Shown here in pieces: positions 33,717 to 35,734 of a stretch of DNA of 35,734 nt. Location: positions 1 to 35,734 of the IMG/VR virus record IMGVR_UViG_3300030397_000311; one strand, given 5' to 3'. Source of the stretch: a virus (taxonomy: Duplodnaviria > Caudoviricetes). Position 1 is the first letter of the stretch. Every line of letters starts with the position of its first letter. The notes below the pieces were generated by a model. The model was not told the DNA's origin. It was given only the letters and a program-made list of their open reading frames with translations, and did not search any database. Made by a program: the position numbers and the translations under genes.

Positions 33717-33974
33717 GCCCCCCTGAACACCACCAGCGGTATCCGGCCTATCTGTCACAGGGATGGTCCCGGTTCTCCGGATGCCGTACTAAGGCTGTTA
33801 TAGGGGTTTACCTGCCTACGTAACAGCCCAGAAGAAAAGGCCACAGGGAGTGGTCAGGAGGGCAGGGCTTCAGGCGATGGATGGCTCCGGCTGGCATACC
33901 TGGAAGTACCAAATAACCTTTGCGGGTTAGGGGTACTTCTGCTCAGGATTCACCAGCTAACATAATTACTTACT

Positions 33975-34232
33975 ATGAAAAACAGATACATATACTTTGT
34001 ACAGGAACAGAAAAAGAGCAAGAGAGCGCCGGTCAAAATAGGTGTTGCAAAGGATATTGATAAGCGAGTGGCAGAGTTACAGATTGGTAATCCCCGCGAC
34101 CTGGATGTTGTTTTGAGGATGGGGCCGTTTTCTGAAAAGGTGGCCTATCGATTGGAAAGAGATTTGCATATCCGGTTCAGCCAGAAACGGATAAGGGGTG
34201 AATGGTTTTCTGGTGTTTTTTGCGGCAATTAA
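33975..34232 (+). CDS. GIY-YIG nuclease (T5orf172/MUG113-like); C-terminus possibly frameshifted
   Basis: YIYFVQ, VKIG.A..I.KR..ELQ.GNP..L, LE..LH..F...RIRGEWF. Confidence 0.88.
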   Translation: MKNRYIYFVQEQKKSKRAPVKIGVAKDIDKRVAELQIGNPRDLDVVLRMGPFSEKVAYRLERDLHIRFSQKRIRGEWFSGVFCGN

Positions 34233-34341
34233 GCAGTTTTGATTTTGTGCCGCGACGACAGGAAAAAGACAAAAGCTGGAAAAAATTGAGAGCAGAACTA
34301 AGGGCTGAAGGTATCGAGCCTTAAAATTGGAGAAAAGCGAA

Positions 34342-34698
34342 ATGACTGCACCAAAAGTAACCCGCGACGACAAAGTTACCCTCTGGCGCTTGTTGTGCGA
34401 TGGCAAGTGGCACAAAGCAAAAGACCTCGTTATTTGGTCCGGCATTGGTCCGGATGGTAAGGCGCAAATAGCCTGGAAGAACACCCGCATCATCCGCGCG
34501 ATCTGTGAAGCCGAACCGGACAAGTTCATTAGCACCCAGAAAGGCTATAAACGGGCGGACCTGGCGAGCGATGATGAACTGCAAAACGCCATCAATGATT
34601 TGCGCTCCAGGGCCGAGAAGATGGGCGCCAGGGCGGATGCCATTGACCAGGTATTGTATGAACGGCGGGTGCCTGAACAGATGAGGGTATGCCCGTGA
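34342..34698 (+). CDS. Hypothetical winged-helix-like DNA-binding protein
   Basis: GGAG RBS; LL.DGKWH.AKDL..R.IR.I....IS.QKGY..A...E......L.SRA. Confidence 0.65.
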   Translation: MTAPKVTRDDKVTLWRLLCDGKWHKAKDLVIWSGIGPDGKAQIAWKNTRIIRAICEAEPDKFISTQKGYKRADLASDDELQNAINDLRSRAEKMGARADAIDQVLYERRVPEQMRVCP

Positions 34699-34777
34699 GC
34701 TGGGCGTATTTCCTGGGTTTGTCCGCGGGCTTGTTCTTGTTGCTCTGTCTTTATGTCTGGATACTGGGGGATGACCT

Positions 34778-34990
34778 GTGAGTGACACATCGTTTGAATG
34801 TGTGAGCGATTATGCAGATGAGCAATTGGAGCTGGTTCGAAACGCCCGTGCCCGCAAAGAATATGAACACCTGAAAAGGTTAATAACGAAGGCGGTAAAA
34901 AGCGGCAAGCCACAGGAAATCGGCTTGTGGGCGCCAACGTGCCAAACGCTCTGGATTGTTGCCACTGATGACCGGGAGCCGCCAGGATGA
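34778..34990 (+). CDS. Hypothetical protein
   Basis: GGGGG RBS-like, GTG start, ATGA overlap with the next gene. Confidence 0.55.
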   Translation: MSDTSFECVSDYADEQLELVRNARARKEYEHLKRLITKAVKSGKPQEIGLWAPTCQTLWIVATDDREPPG

Positions 34991-35235
34991 TCTGCACAGG
35001 TTGTGACCAAAAGTTTGAATTTACCCAGGGTCAATTTCGGGAAGGCGCCAAGATCCCCGGCTTTTTTGGTACCTGTTATGACTGGTTTTGCCGGGACTGC
35101 AGCAGCAAGGTAGCGATCGATGACACGAAAGAGAAAGAGCCAGCGCAAAGCGTGGGAGCAGCACCTGTCGACTGGACAGAGCCGCCAGAGCGAGAAACCG
35201 TCCCGGTCGAGGCGTACGAAGACCACCCGTTTTGA
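34987..35235 (+). CDS. Small zinc-binding protein; possibly continues to 35377 in another frame
   Basis: CTGC...FCRDC; AGGA at start. Confidence 0.6.
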   Translation: MICTGCDQKFEFTQGQFREGAKIPGFFGTCYDWFCRDCSSKVAIDDTKEKEPAQSVGAAPVDWTEPPERETVPVEAYEDHPF

Positions 35236-35393
35236 ACAGCCGGAACCGTTCAAGACTGAGAACGGGGTTGACTGGTTCAAAATTGAGACAGAGGCGCACC
35301 GGCCCTATACGGCATCAGGTAGTCCACGGGGTGCGCCGGGCATTTACGTCGATATGATTTCGGCTGTGGCCCATTAACTGGAGTAACAGCGAT

Positions 35394-35534
35394 ATGATTT
35401 ATTTGAGTTATGCCTGCATCTGGCTTTCTGGTTTTATGTTTTTAATATCTTTTTTTGGTGAATCCGGTGAAGTGAATCGCGAGTTGCTGAAAATCAGCGC
35501 ATTGTGGATGATAGCCGGCGCGTTGGTCGCATAG
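35394..35534 (+). CDS. Small 2-TM membrane protein (46 aa; not in the ORF track)
   Basis: GGAG RBS; MIYLSYACIWLSGFMFLISFFG...LLKISALWMIAGALVA. Confidence 0.55.
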   Translation: MIYLSYACIWLSGFMFLISFFGESGEVNRELLKISALWMIAGALVA

Positions 35535-35646
35535 ATTCGTGTAAAACCTGGGTCGGCAAACCCTCTATCGCTGCCGTCCAATCCCCGGCCGGGCGGGACC
35601 CAGGTACATATCCCGGCCACGACCACTCGGTGTATACTTTGCTGCC

Positions 35647-35734
35647 ATGAGAAACCTCACCGGGGCGGTAAAGCCGCCAAAAGACCTGACCCCCGCAATT
35701 GAGGCACTTGGTGACAAGGGCCGGTCGTGGCTTG
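35647..35734 (+). CDS. 5' end of a gene running off the window
   Basis: MRNLTGAVKPPKDLTPAIEALGDKGRSWL... open to the end; TATACT 8 nt upstream. Confidence 0.45.
   Translation, partial: MRNLTGAVKPPKDLTPAIEALGDKGRSWL

Overview
Most of the genome of a tailed dsDNA phage with P22-like (podovirus) virion genes and a lambdoid layout. Spanins imply a Gram-negative host. Plus strand 134-23560: putative virion accessory genes, TerS, TerL, portal, scaffold, P22-type coat protein, then a translationally coupled glycosyltransferase + SAM methyltransferase + radical SAM/SPASM cassette between coat and head-tail adaptor, followed by gp4/gp10/gp26-like tail genes (gp10 with a large inserted domain), three ejection proteins, a tail fibre and a lysis cassette interrupted by a GGQ release-factor-like gene. 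Minus strand 23544-31502: early genes, including three HNH nucleases, a C5 DNA methyltransferase with a nested alternative-frame partner ORF, and an SSB-like protein. Divergent promoters at about 31540-31590 drive a cro-like gene, but no cI, integrase or replication initiator is recognisable in the window. The rightward early arm holds two heavily structured non-coding regions, one with a candidate ~70-nt antisense RNA. Bases 1-17 are a random-amplification primer tag, and several apparent frameshifts may be sequencing indels. All calls come from reading motifs and gene order by eye; no searches were run.
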